The notes: generated by a model from the letters alone, not told the origin. A stretch of 64,000 bases of DNA from Halomonas sp. ML-15 (GCF_014779595.1 NZ_JACXZT010000009.1:3378-67377); one strand, 5' to 3'; shown: positions 18,789 to 28,919, numbered from the stretch's first letter. Numbers and translations: made by a program.

Positions 18789-21700
18789 ATGAAGACTATG
18801 TCGAAGGGACCAACTCAGGTCGAGAGCATCGTCAGGGAAAGCACTGCATTCGAGACCATTCAGCGGCGCTTGCGATCCCAGGGTGAAAACCTGCACGCCT
18901 CAGTCGATAAGCTGAACGAGGAGCGTGCCGGGGTTTTCGGTAGCAGCAGCATGGCCCTGCTGGGGCGTGCCCGGGTACGTACCGAGAACAATACCGTGGC
19001 ACGCGATATGGTGCGCATCGGTGACAGGATTCTGTTCGGTTTCAATGTGCAGCTGGGTCTGCGCAAGGCGCTCGAAGTCGGCGATATCTTCTCGCTTTAC
19101 TATCTGGAGGATACCGCCGATGGCTTCGAACTTCAGGAGGCTCCGCTAGAGGGTAGCTTCCTGACGGATGAGCGCTTCGTACAAGACTTCCGGGAGCTGC
19201 AGCAGTACTACAGCAATGCCGTGCTGGTGCAGCTGGCTGTGATGAACGGGATGCTGCTGGCGGCTTTCCAGATTGGCGAGAAACTGACCGACGTACGCGT
19301 GTTTCGCTGGGAGCTGTCGGCGGACGGCAGCGTCAGACGTTACATCGACAACCGGGGCGAGCGCGACCTTGTCCTGCCGGAGCGCTTTGCGTTTCCCTGG
19401 AAAGAGGCGGGTCGTGACCATCAGGAGCAGGGGCGCGCGCCGCACCTGAACATTCTCGACACGGTCTTCATCGACAACCTGCGCGGCAACATTACCTTCA
19501 AGATCGAGAACAACACCGGCAGCGGCGAAGGCATCTATGCCGACCCGGTGGAGTCGGACTCCCAGTCGCTGGACGATGCAGCCTTCGAATATGCCGACCT
19601 GGGCGCGATACTGCTGGTCAGGATCCTGCCCTTCAACGAAAGCCAGTGGCGCTATTATCTGTACAACCGCTCCGAGCAGGTGGTGCAGCGGATAGACGAG
19701 ATGGCCGGCTCGGTCGTCGCGCTGCCCGAAAACCACGGGATCATCTTTCCGTCGGGCTACTACCTCAACAGCGGTGAGCTCAGGACCTACGAGGTGCCCG
19801 ATGAGGACCTGCGCTTCAAGCGCATGGTGCGCTCGCCGAACGGCGAAGACGTTCTCTACATCTTCTATGCGCCCCACACGGGCCATGTGGTGCTCTATCG
19901 CTACAACCTGATCCGCAAGCAGACCGACACGCCGATGGTCGGTCATGGCTTCGCGTTGCTGGAGAATGGCCATCTGGCGATTTTCCACTCCGAGGACGAG
20001 CCGACCCTGGTGCACCCGATCCAGGTGTGGGACACGCCGTTCATGTCGGAGAACTTCCATGCCCAGGATGCCGTTCGCAACGACACCCCGCTGGGTCGAA
20101 TCGGTAACCCCGAGCTGGTGCGCGGGATTGCCGAGCTGAACAGCATCGTTCAACTGGCGGGGGAGCAGCAGGCTTCCGAGCGACATTACAATGCCATCAT
20201 CCGGCGGGTGGACCGCGCGCTCAATCAGTTCCACTGGCTGGGCGAGGCCACCTTCGAGGCGGTGCACGATCTGCTGGTGCAGCTCAAGCATACCGCTGAA
20301 CTGATGCTCGACGAGTATGAGAAGGTCCAGGCGATCCGGGGGCAGACGGCAGAGGCCCTGGATAGCATCGGTGGGCAGCAGGACACGCTGCTACGGGAAC
20401 TCAAGCCGAGCAGCTGGAAAACGCCGGATCAATTCGTATCGCATCTCAAGGCGCTGCGCGATCACCGCGGCCGCCTGCTGGCGCTGCGGGATCGTCGCTA
20501 TCTCGATGAGGAGCGTCTGCAGGAGCTGGAGCAGGCGTTGGACAAGGCCGAACGGACCCTGACCGGCCAGACCTTCGACTTTCTTGCGACGCCCGAAGCG
20601 CTGGACGGCTATCGGGCGACCCTGGCTGCATTGGCAGAGCGCGTGAAGGAGGCCGAAACGCGGGATCAACTGGGCAAATGCGTCGGCGAGTATCGCGAGC
20701 TGACCGCCGGCCTGGACATGATACAGGCCATGCTGTCGTCCATGTCCGGCGACGATGCCACCCAGCAGACCCGTATTACCGAGAACATCTCGAGCATTTA
20801 CGCCACCATCAACCAGCAGCGCTCCGAGGCGGAGATCCGCATGCGCGAGCAGGGCAGTGCCGAAGCACAGGCCCAGTTCGCCGCTCAGATCCGGCTGTTC
20901 GAGCAGAGCCTGGCCAATGGCGTGGGGGCCCTGCGTGAGCCCGACGACTGCGACCAGTTGATGACACGGATGCTGGATCAACTGCAGGAGCTGGAGGGGC
21001 AGTTCGGCGAGTTCGACGAATTCCTGAGCATGATCCTGGAGCAGCGCGAGAGTGCCCACGAGAGTATCGAGGCGCGCCGCCAGCAGCTGCAGGACGAGCG
21101 CCAGCGCCGCGTCAACACCCTCACCGATGCCACCAAGCGCATTCTGCAGAACGTGGAGCGGCGCACCGAGCGCTTCGAGACCCTCGAGGAGCTGCACAGC
21201 TTTTTTGCCTCGGATGCGATGGTGGCCAAGGTGCGCAGCATGGCAGACGAGCTGCGTGAGATGGGCGCCAACCTCGAAGCCGATGACCTGGCCGGGCGCT
21301 TGCGCTCGACCCAGGACGCCGCCCTGCGCAGTGTCCGTGATCGGGCCGATATCTATGAATCCGGTGGCAATGTCATCCGCCTGGGGCCGCGCCATCGTTT
21401 CAGTGTCAATCAGCAGCATCTGGACCTGACGCTGGTGCCGCGGGATGACAGTATCATGCTGCATCTCACCGGTACGCAGTTCTATGCGCCGCTGAAGGAT
21501 GAGCGCCTGGAGGCGCTACGCCCCTACTGGTCGATCACCCTGCCATCCGAGACCGACGAGGTCTATCGGGCCGAGTACCTGGCTTACCTGATCATGGAGG
21601 CGCTGGCGCGTCCCGGAGCCGAGCGGATCAACGTGGAGGACCAGGCGGAACTGGAGCGCTACATCAGCCGCTTTGCCTCGCCGCGCTACCGCGAAGGCTA

Positions 21701-23735
21701 CGAAAAGGGCATTCATGACCACGATGCCGCCCGAATCGTGCGGACTCTTTGGCCGGCACGCCAGAGCGCCGGACTGCTCGGCTATGGCCCCTTGCCGCGG
21801 GCCATCGCGATGCTCTACTGGGCGCAATGCCGCCAGGACGAAAGCGCGTCCCGCAACCTGCGCGCGCGCTGCCTGTCGGCCGGCATGCTGTGCCGCATCA
21901 TGGGCAATGAAGACCTGCTGCTGGCGCTGATCGAAGAGGTCGCTCCACTGCTGGATGCCTTCGTCAGCCAGTGTCGGCTTGATGGGTCGGCAAGCCAGCG
22001 CAGGAGTGCCGCGGAATACCTCGTGCGTCAGCTTGCCGAGGAGGGTGAGAGCTTCCCCGTTACCCAATACGCCGCCGAGCTGGTCGACAGCTTTACTGCC
22101 GCGATGAAGCAGCAGGGGCATTACCGCCATTTCGAGGAGTCGTTGGCAGTGGTGGCAGGCCAGCCTGGGCCACGCTGGACGATCACGTCGCACTGGCTGC
22201 AGGCTCACGCGGAAAACGCGGGCAAGGAGGCGCTGCTGCACTACCTCCCCGAAGCGATCGCCCTGTTGAATACGGCGGATCGTCTGGCCACGGCAACTCA
22301 CAACGTCGAGCTCTCGTTTCGTGTCGAAGGGTTGCTCGGCCAGCACCCGAGGCTGTCGCAGCAGTCCCTGGCACTGCAGCTGGACGACTTCCACGAGCGC
22401 CTGCGCCATCACCAGCAGGAAGTGATACGCGGCTGGTCGGAACTTCAGGAGCGTCGCCAGACCATTCTACGCGAGCAGCGTGAGCGGCTTCGTCTCGAGG
22501 AGTTCATGCCCAAGCCGTTGAACTCCTTCGTGCGCAACAAGCTGATCACCGAAAGCTATCTGCCGATCATCGGCGACAACCTGGCCAAGCAGATGGGCAC
22601 CGTTGGCGATGCGCGTCGAACCGACAACAGCGGCCTGCTGATGATGATCTCGCCGCCGGGCTACGGCAAGACCACCCTGATGGAGTACGTCGCCAATCGC
22701 CTGGGGTTGATCTTCATGAAGATCAACTGCCCGAGCCTCGGCCACGATGTCACCTCGCTGGACCCGGAAATGGCCGCCCACTCCACCGCAAGGGCCGAGC
22801 TGGTAAAGCTCAACCTCGCTCTGGAGATGGGCAACAACGTGATGCTGTATCTGGACGATATCCAGCACACCCACCCGGAGTTCCTGCAGAAGTTCATCTC
22901 CCTGTGTGACGGCAGCCGGCGCATCGACGGTGTATGGGAGGGGCGAAACAAGACCTACGACATGCGTGGCAAGCGGTTCTGCATTGCCATGGCGGGCAAC
23001 CCCTATACCGAGAGCGGGGAGGCCTTCAAGGTGCCGGACATGCTGGCCAACCGGGCCGACGTGTATAACCTCGGCGATGTGCTGAGCGGGATGGAAGGCG
23101 TTTTTGCCCTCTCCTATATCGAGAATGCCATCAGCGCCAATACCGTGCTGGCGCCGTTGGCCACCCGTGGGTTGGACGACTTCTACCGCTTCGCCGATCT
23201 GGCGGCGGGCCGTGAGGTACCGAGCACCGACTTCGAGCACGACTACAGCGCAGCCGAGCGGGAGGAGATCGTGGCGGTGTTGAAGCACATGTTCAAGGTG
23301 CGTGAGGTGGTGTTGAGCGTCAATCAGCAGTACATCGCCTCGAGTGCCCAGGCAGATGCCTACCGGACCGAGCCGAGCTTCCGCCTGCAGGGCAGTTACC
23401 GCAATATGAGCCGCCTCGCCGAGAAGATATCGCCGATCCTGTCCGACGAAGAGCTCGAAGCGATTCTCGATGACCACTACCTCGGTGAAGCTCAGCTACT
23501 GACCCAGGGGGCGGAAGAGAACCTGCTCAAGCTCAAGGAGCTTCGCGGCACCTTGAGCGCCGAGGAGGCGCAGCGCTGGGAGTCCATCAAGCGTGAGTTC
23601 CGTCGCCGTCAACTGACCGGTGGCGACGAGGAAACCGGTGCCCTGGTGGTGCGTCAGCTTAGTCTCATCGCCGAAGGCGTGGGTAACCTCGGCGCCTCGA
23701 TGCCGACCGGGGAGAGTTACCGCGAGCCGAGTTGA
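18789..23735 (+). CDS. Giant (~1645 aa) protein. N-terminal ~500 aa is an unknown beta-rich region, the middle ~700 aa is alpha-helical/coiled-coil, and the C-terminus is a MoxR/McrB-clade AAA+ ATPase
   Basis: Walker A ISPPGYGKTT. Walker B VMLYLDDIQ. Sensor-1-like CIAMAGNPYTE…DMLANRAD, the hhhhA(T/A)xNP pattern of helix-2-insert AAA+. Start at 18789 or 18798 (AGGA RBS). Confidence 0.8.
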   Translation: MKTMSKGPTQVESIVRESTAFETIQRRLRSQGENLHASVDKLNEERAGVFGSSSMALLGRARVRTENNTVARDMVRIGDRILFGFNVQLGLRKALEVGDIFSLYYLEDTADGFELQEAPLEGSFLTDERFVQDFRELQQYYSNAVLVQLAVMNGMLLAAFQIGEKLTDVRVFRWELSADGSVRRYIDNRGERDLVLPERFAFPWKEAGRDHQEQGRAPHLNILDTVFIDNLRGNITFKIENNTGSGEGIYADPVESDSQSLDDAAFEYADLGAILLVRILPFNESQWRYYLYNRSEQVVQRIDEMAGSVVALPENHGIIFPSGYYLNSGELRTYEVPDEDLRFKRMVRSPNGEDVLYIFYAPHTGHVVLYRYNLIRKQTDTPMVGHGFALLENGHLAIFHSEDEPTLVHPIQVWDTPFMSENFHAQDAVRNDTPLGRIGNPELVRGIAELNSIVQLAGEQQASERHYNAIIRRVDRALNQFHWLGEATFEAVHDLLVQLKHTAELMLDEYEKVQAIRGQTAEALDSIGGQQDTLLRELKPSSWKTPDQFVSHLKALRDHRGRLLALRDRRYLDEERLQELEQALDKAERTLTGQTFDFLATPEALDGYRATLAALAERVKEAETRDQLGKCVGEYRELTAGLDMIQAMLSSMSGDDATQQTRITENISSIYATINQQRSEAEIRMREQGSAEAQAQFAAQIRLFEQSLANGVGALREPDDCDQLMTRMLDQLQELEGQFGEFDEFLSMILEQRESAHESIEARRQQLQDERQRRVNTLTDATKRILQNVERRTERFETLEELHSFFASDAMVAKVRSMADELREMGANLEADDLAGRLRSTQDAALRSVRDRADIYESGGNVIRLGPRHRFSVNQQHLDLTLVPRDDSIMLHLTGTQFYAPLKDERLEALRPYWSITLPSETDEVYRAEYLAYLIMEALARPGAERINVEDQAELERYISRFASPRYREGYEKGIHDHDAARIVRTLWPARQSAGLLGYGPLPRAIAMLYWAQCRQDESASRNLRARCLSAGMLCRIMGNEDLLLALIEEVAPLLDAFVSQCRLDGSASQRRSAAEYLVRQLAEEGESFPVTQYAAELVDSFTAAMKQQGHYRHFEESLAVVAGQPGPRWTITSHWLQAHAENAGKEALLHYLPEAIALLNTADRLATATHNVELSFRVEGLLGQHPRLSQQSLALQLDDFHERLRHHQQEVIRGWSELQERRQTILREQRERLRLEEFMPKPLNSFVRNKLITESYLPIIGDNLAKQMGTVGDARRTDNSGLLMMISPPGYGKTTLMEYVANRLGLIFMKINCPSLGHDVTSLDPEMAAHSTARAELVKLNLALEMGNNVMLYLDDIQHTHPEFLQKFISLCDGSRRIDGVWEGRNKTYDMRGKRFCIAMAGNPYTESGEAFKVPDMLANRADVYNLGDVLSGMEGVFALSYIENAISANTVLAPLATRGLDDFYRFADLAAGREVPSTDFEHDYSAAEREEIVAVLKHMFKVREVVLSVNQQYIASSAQADAYRTEPSFRLQGSYRNMSRLAEKISPILSDEELEAILDDHYLGEAQLLTQGAEENLLKLKELRGTLSAEEAQRWESIKREFRRRQLTGGDEETGALVVRQLSLIAEGVGNLGASMPTGESYREPS

Positions 23736-23757
23736 GACATCTCTGCAGGATGAATAT

Positions 23758-23791
23758 GCACTTGGGCGGAAGAGGGCGAACGCCCAAGTGC
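23758..23791 (+). terminator. Stem-loop (11 bp stem) immediately after the giant gene; no U-tract
   Basis: gcacttgggcg…cgcccaagtgc. Confidence 0.3.
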
Positions 23792-23839
23792 GTAACCCGG
23801 CTTGGCAGCAGAGGTATGGTTTGATAACCCTTAAGGTGG

Positions 23840-24580
23840 GTGATGATGTTTGGAAAACTTGTTTTTGGGCCGTTCTTTTTGCTGTTTTCATCAAGCAAGA
23901 GTTTGTTTAAGAGTGTGTCGGTTCCGGCTGTCATCTACTTTCTTGTGAATATGGAAATGCAAGGTGTTCTAGATTTTTTCTGGGCGTCTGGGTGGCTGAT
24001 CGGAGGAGTTGCATATATTGTCTTGGAGTGCGTTCTTCTATTGCTGATGACGTTGCTTGGTGTCAATGCAACGCGTGTGGTTCTGCTAGGTGGGAGCTTG
24101 TCAGCGGTTGGCGTGAGATGGACTAAGAGGGAAAGTGCCTATTTTCTCTATACTCTTTTGTTCATGCTTCCTTTGTATCTTATGACACTGCCTGAGATCT
24201 TTTTGAACAAGGCTCCTCTTGAGGTGAGGTTTGCCTATAGCCTGTTGTATCTAGTTTTGATGATAGGGTGGGTTTGGGTTTTTTCCAGGCTGTTGTTGGT
24301 CTTTCCAAGTATTGCGGTCGATGGCCGCATGAGTCTCAAAGACTCATGGCGGCTAACGAGAAAGTATCAGTGGGTGTTTTTGCTCTCGATTCTGTGTGTA
24401 GGTGGAATGTTTGTTGTTATGGGGGGTATGTTGCAGCTTATTCCCTTTGGCCATATTGCTGTTCATGCATTTCATACTCTGTTGGCGTTGGTCGTCTCAT
24501 TGATGCTGGCGGCTTATTATGCCGAGGTCGTGGTAAAGGAAATTCGGCCGGAGCATGATCGTTTCGCGACGGAGGAGTAG
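23840..24580 (+). CDS. Multi-TM membrane protein, unknown (low-GC islet)
   Basis: 6+ hydrophobic helices. AT-rich codon usage. Confidence 0.55.
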   Translation: MMMFGKLVFGPFFLLFSSSKSLFKSVSVPAVIYFLVNMEMQGVLDFFWASGWLIGGVAYIVLECVLLLLMTLLGVNATRVVLLGGSLSAVGVRWTKRESAYFLYTLLFMLPLYLMTLPEIFLNKAPLEVRFAYSLLYLVLMIGWVWVFSRLLLVFPSIAVDGRMSLKDSWRLTRKYQWVFLLSILCVGGMFVVMGGMLQLIPFGHIAVHAFHTLLALVVSLMLAAYYAEVVVKEIRPEHDRFATEE

Positions 24581-24683
24581 ATGCCTGATAGCTCGTGATT
24601 TAACCTTCTCTGAGCTAAGAATCATAGTGCCTATGAGGTCATTGGATTTTTTGGTGAAATAAATTCAAGCAATTCCGGGGTGT

Positions 24684-25925
24684 TTGTTGGATATCAGAGT
24701 AATAGTCTTGCTTGTCTTGTTTTTTAATTTATTCTTGTTGTCTTCCGTGCTGAAGCGCTTTTTTGATGCGAGAAGAGTCAGGGAAAGCATGCTAGATGGC
24801 AGTTCATGCCGGCCGTTGACTGAAAAAGAAAAGACAATTGCGACTCTAGGGCTGACCTTTGCTGACCACAGTTATCAGGGGGGCGGTGCATATAGAATCA
24901 CAGGGCCTTTGAGTGAATATAAGATTAGGCATAGAGGGATCGTTACTGAGGTCAGGTATAAGGCTGGCGGTGTGGAAATTATTCCTGCATTTGATGCGTT
25001 AGATTTTATTAAGGAAAATAGCGTAATTGATTTGGTCGATGTGGGTAAGGGAAAGATGGGGGTGATCAAAGTCGATGATGTGTTTGATTTAGAGGAGGCC
25101 GTGGAAAGGAAAGAGCTTCAGTTTCCAGTGAGATTTCTAGAAGGCACGCTAGGGGTGTTGTATGGATCGTCAGGCGATAGAAAGGCAGAAAGTATAGAAG
25201 TTATCAGTGTGGCCGATTGTGAAGATAAGGGCGTTTATGACGACCGAGTCGATTCCGAAAAATTTTACTTCTCGTCACTTCATTTACTAGCAGTGTTTGG
25301 ATTTCTGCTGCTGACTGTCCTGGGGTTACAAATAAGCATTTTGTCTCTTTTGTTCTTGATTCCGGTTCCTTTCTTTCTGTTTTTTTCCTTTTCTTTTTTC
25401 AGCATGGGTTTTTGTAAGGGTGAAGGAGAAGGTTATAGGATATTTAAAGTTAAGGCTGTTATGCATCGTGGTGGCTTAGGGTATGTCGTTGATTTAGGTC
25501 CCTTGGAAATGGTTACGGTCCCTCTTCCTTGGCGCGAATTTTTAGTAAGTGATGCTCACCCAAAGGAGTACGAAATAGTAGTCTCGCCATATGGTGGGGC
25601 TAGCTTACATAGTGCGCAAGGTCTATCAGTCGAGACAATGCCTGAGCCAAGCAAAAATTGGATCCCCTTTGCGGGTCCGGCTTGTGTCTCAGCATTAGCG
25701 CTGATCGCTGGGTTTTTTATGCTTAACCCATCCGACTTTTTTGTTATGCTTTCTGCTGGTGAGCTTTTTCAGCCGCGAAGCATGGCTGTTGCTTTTTTCT
25801 TCTTTATCGCGGGGGTGGTTTTTTTAATTAGTGCGCCTCTCTATTTTTATCGTTATTACAGATATCGTGCTGAGTTTGACGAGTGTGTTGCTACGGTACG
25901 CTCTGCTAAGGAAAAAAGCGGGTAA
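24684..25925 (+). CDS. Membrane protein with large soluble domain between TM1 and later TMs, unknown
   Basis: N-terminal TM, ~200 aa hydrophilic domain, then 4-5 TMs. Confidence 0.55.
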   Translation: MLDIRVIVLLVLFFNLFLLSSVLKRFFDARRVRESMLDGSSCRPLTEKEKTIATLGLTFADHSYQGGGAYRITGPLSEYKIRHRGIVTEVRYKAGGVEIIPAFDALDFIKENSVIDLVDVGKGKMGVIKVDDVFDLEEAVERKELQFPVRFLEGTLGVLYGSSGDRKAESIEVISVADCEDKGVYDDRVDSEKFYFSSLHLLAVFGFLLLTVLGLQISILSLLFLIPVPFFLFFSFSFFSMGFCKGEGEGYRIFKVKAVMHRGGLGYVVDLGPLEMVTVPLPWREFLVSDAHPKEYEIVVSPYGGASLHSAQGLSVETMPEPSKNWIPFAGPACVSALALIAGFFMLNPSDFFVMLSAGELFQPRSMAVAFFFFIAGVVFLISAPLYFYRYYRYRAEFDECVATVRSAKEKSG

Positions 25926-26070
25926 CTTTTTATCAAAAAAATGGGCAAGTGTTAATGGAGTGATAGCAATGGGACATGGCAATACGATACTATCTGGGGC
26001 AGGTGTTGCGCTTAGTCACAGAGGCTGCCGTGAGTAAAGCAACTTAATTTAAGAAAAACGAGGTTATGTA

Positions 26071-26478
26071 ATGCTGTACATGTTGGGTTTCTTACTGGGT
26101 TTCTTACTGGGTTTCTTAGGCTTTCTTTTTTTTACACCGAAAATCATTAAGTCGGTCATTGCGCAGAAAGAAATCTACAGGGAATTCAATCAGAGCCAAT
26201 TACTCCCGTTTTTTTTGCTTTTGCTCCCGGCTGGTCCTCTGGCGCTAGGGATTTTTCCTTATATAATAGGTTGGGTGCCCGCGGCCGCTGTTGCTGCCGC
26301 ATGCTATCTGCCTGCTTTACTGCTATCTCGCCGGCATATTGCCGCCTTTGATCACTCTGGTACGAGTCGGACAGTTGGTGCGCTTGACTCAGCACATATG
26401 GCGTTCGGTGGTGCTTTGGCTGGGTTAATCTATGTGGGAGTATTCGTAACTTTATCAGCAACTATAGGTAGACTGTGA
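26071..26478 (+). CDS. Small membrane protein with GFLL tandem repeat
   Basis: 3-4 TM helices. Contains the 12-bp tandem repeat. Confidence 0.4.
   Translation: MLYMLGFLLGFLLGFLGFLFFTPKIIKSVIAQKEIYREFNQSQLLPFFLLLLPAGPLALGIFPYIIGWVPAAAVAAACYLPALLLSRRHIAAFDHSGTSRTVGALDSAHMAFGGALAGLIYVGVFVTLSATIGRL
26088..26123 (+). repeat. 12-bp tandem repeat (ggtttcttactg x ~2.7) encoding GFLLGFLLGFLG
   Basis: Direct reading of sequence. Confidence 0.6.
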
Positions 26479-26610
26479 GTATATTTACATTACGTCAAAC
26501 TGAACATGCGAAACATCCGTGAACTGGTTACGCCCTCAAGCGGTATGGCCGCTGAAACAATGCTTTATAAAAAGAATCCATAAAATAAAGAGCCTCCAGC
26601 CTCTTTTTCA

Positions 26611-27732
26611 TTACTCAGCAGGCTGACATATACTCTGCAAAATTTCCCAATCCTGTTGGGATAGCGATGGCTTGGTGGTTGGCAAAGCAGAATGATTACG
26701 GACGAGCTCAGCCCGGACAGTGCTCTCTGGGTGTGTATGAAGGTATGAAGGGAGCCAGTACTCTTCATCGTCCTGCTTCGCAAGCCGATCAAAGAAATTG
26801 GCAAAGGGTTCGCTGCTGATGCGGGCCGTATTGAGAAGTTCCAGAGCAAACTCATCGGCTTGAAGCTCTGCTGTATGTGTATAATTGGCACGCAGTAGAG
26901 CTTCTCCCAGTAAGGTAATGGTAGCGCCTCCGGTTATATCGCCTAGAATCATTGCCAAAATTCCAGCTGAACCTGCTGAGCGCAGGGCTAATCTGGTAGG
27001 ATCTCGTGCTTCGACATGTCCTATTTCATGGGCAATCACGCCAGCAATCTCGTCAGGCGATTCAGCAGATTCAATGAGCCCGCGCAGTAACACAATATGC
27101 CCCCTTGGGGCAGCAAAGGCATTGACCATGGGGTGGTCAATAACTTGTACATGAATATCGTATTCTGTTGGATGACTTTCCACCAGTCTAATTACCAGCC
27201 TATCGAGTACGGCCGTCTCTTTCACGCCACTACAGGCTTTGGCCCCTCCTAGCATGTTTTTCATCTGGGAAACAACAGCGCGACCGACAGCAGCTTCGCT
27301 GTCTCGAGGAATATAAGTAGCTAGGCGGTCTGCGAGTGCCGGTATAATGACAAAGAGTAGAGCGAGCACTGATACTGTGGCAGCACCCGCCAGAGTCACG
27401 AGTTGACGCTTTATGCCAGGCCTGCTTTCTCGTGCATCCAGTTTGGGTGCGGCTTTCTGCAACCAGAGAATGAGCGCTGCATCGGTTATGATCAGTCTGG
27501 CTGGGTCATGTGGCGTTTCATCCTCGCTCTGTGTGTATTGCGTCAGCATGAGCCCCTCGCCTTGGTAAGATCGCTTGCGTAGGGCGTCTAGCGGCCAGCT
27601 AATATACTGGCCAGCCTCAGTTTCAATATGCAAGGCATCCCGCCCGGCTGATAGCCGGACGAGATGCTTTCTGGATGTTTCACCGTCGAAGAAAAGCCCT
27701 TGGGTGCTCGCTTCGGAGGAAGCATGCTTCAC
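26611..27732 (-). CDS. M48-family zinc metallopeptidase with N-terminal domain and TM anchor
   Basis: HEIGH zinc-binding motif within AHEIGHVEARD. Downstream E. TM helix ~res 110-135. 4-nt overlap with the upstream DUF898 gene. Confidence 0.85.
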   Translation of the reverse strand: MKHASSEASTQGLFFDGETSRKHLVRLSAGRDALHIETEAGQYISWPLDALRKRSYQGEGLMLTQYTQSEDETPHDPARLIITDAALILWLQKAAPKLDARESRPGIKRQLVTLAGAATVSVLALLFVIIPALADRLATYIPRDSEAAVGRAVVSQMKNMLGGAKACSGVKETAVLDRLVIRLVESHPTEYDIHVQVIDHPMVNAFAAPRGHIVLLRGLIESAESPDEIAGVIAHEIGHVEARDPTRLALRSAGSAGILAMILGDITGGATITLLGEALLRANYTHTAELQADEFALELLNTARISSEPFANFFDRLAKQDDEEYWLPSYLHTHPESTVRAELVRNHSALPTTKPSLSQQDWEILQSICQPAE

Positions 27733-28919
27733 ACTGTTGCTCCAACGTCCAGAACATCAGCAAAGCCTTCTGCATCCGTGCCCAGATCGGGGGCTCGTTG
27801 ATTGATCGATTCCAATGAGTCGAGGTGCAGCACAGTCGTGTGCTGTACAATATGAGAAATGACAGGTTGTACCACCATGACAAGCATCAAAGCGCCAATT
27901 AATATAAACGCCGAGATGTAGGCTAGGGGGGGTAGCATTATACTAAGCATTCCTAATGTGGCAGTGCTAATGTCAGATTGCCATATCAAGGCACCTATAG
28001 GTCCTGCCAGTAGCAAAATGCAGAGTAAGGTGATAATGCTGGCACCAAGTGACCCAAGTATTACCATTGTGATGATAGATGAGGGGGTCAGGTTGTTGGA
28101 GAAATGAACCTCGTCGCCAAGAACTTTGGTATTTGTCAGGTATTGAAAAGATTTTACTTTGTAATACATTACGCCGAGTGACCACCAGATGGTCGCGATG
28201 ACGAAGACAATTGTACCCAAGGTAGGCTTTGATAGGGCCATGGCAAGGCCTGATAGTAATGCTAGGCCGAGGCCGATGAAAATGTGTCGCATGGCAGAGT
28301 AGAGTTGGGTCCAGGAGCCACTTTGATGGAATTTTACCTGCCCGTACCAAGTCCTATCCGTCTGGTATTTCTCCAACCAATACGTCTGGCGAGGTAACAG
28401 TAGTCCGAGGCTGATCAAGGTTAGCAGACCATGCCCGATCACTCGGACACTATATCCCCAAGCCCCCGGCTCCATGCCGAATCGTATGCCGCGGAACCGA
28501 GTGCGGGCCATTTTATAACGTCGTGCACGATATTGTGCGAAGAAGATGAGAGGGGCAAGAAATACGAGGTTGAGATAGAAAGAGGCTGTCATGATAATAA
28601 AGTCAACCTCACTGCTTACTCTACGAAACATGCTAAGGTTGAAGAAGAAAAGTAGTAGCTGCACTATGGACAGATAGACTGCCACCACAATAAGAGCGAT
28701 GAAAAAACCTTTTAGCTTTTCCAGCCCTGTACCCGTGTACTCAAACCGGTCGCCGTTAACACTAATGGATGACAAAAGAAAACGTCTTATTCTTGTTTTT
28801 GCCCAAAAGCGATATATTCCTATTGTAAGAACTGTCAACAGGCTTGTGACTAGTGAGATTTTAAGAAGCTTGCCCGTTTGGCCGTCATAACCAGCGGTGA
28901 TTTTTTCCGTAGAGCTCAT
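27729..28919 (-). CDS. DUF898 (YjgN-like) polytopic inner-membrane protein
   Basis: N-terminal LLTVLTIGIYRFWAKTRIRRF and internal repeat RFRGIRFGM…LLTLISLGLLLP, typical of the duplicated DUF898 architecture. Confidence 0.8.
   Translation of the reverse strand: MSSTEKITAGYDGQTGKLLKISLVTSLLTVLTIGIYRFWAKTRIRRFLLSSISVNGDRFEYTGTGLEKLKGFFIALIVVAVYLSIVQLLLFFFNLSMFRRVSSEVDFIIMTASFYLNLVFLAPLIFFAQYRARRYKMARTRFRGIRFGMEPGAWGYSVRVIGHGLLTLISLGLLLPRQTYWLEKYQTDRTWYGQVKFHQSGSWTQLYSAMRHIFIGLGLALLSGLAMALSKPTLGTIVFVIATIWWSLGVMYYKVKSFQYLTNTKVLGDEVHFSNNLTPSSIITMVILGSLGASIITLLCILLLAGPIGALIWQSDISTATLGMLSIMLPPLAYISAFILIGALMLVMVVQPVISHIVQHTTVLHLDSLESINQRAPDLGTDAEGFADVLDVGATV

Noticed and set aside
18663-18797. Terminator between flotillin and the giant gene
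   Set aside because: An 8-bp stem (ggcgacac…gtgtcgcc) exists but lacks a U-tract and is GC-flanked. More likely the genes are co-transcribed.
17236-18900. Numerous 60-400 aa ORFs on opposite strands or frames within the flotillin, giant, MCP, aap and phn genes (e.g. 17319-18560, 19146-20291, 20391-21464, 22467-23477, 47727-48854)
   Set aside because: Typical high-GC antisense/off-frame open frames with Arg/Ala/Pro-rich low-complexity translations. They overlap genes that have strong motif support.
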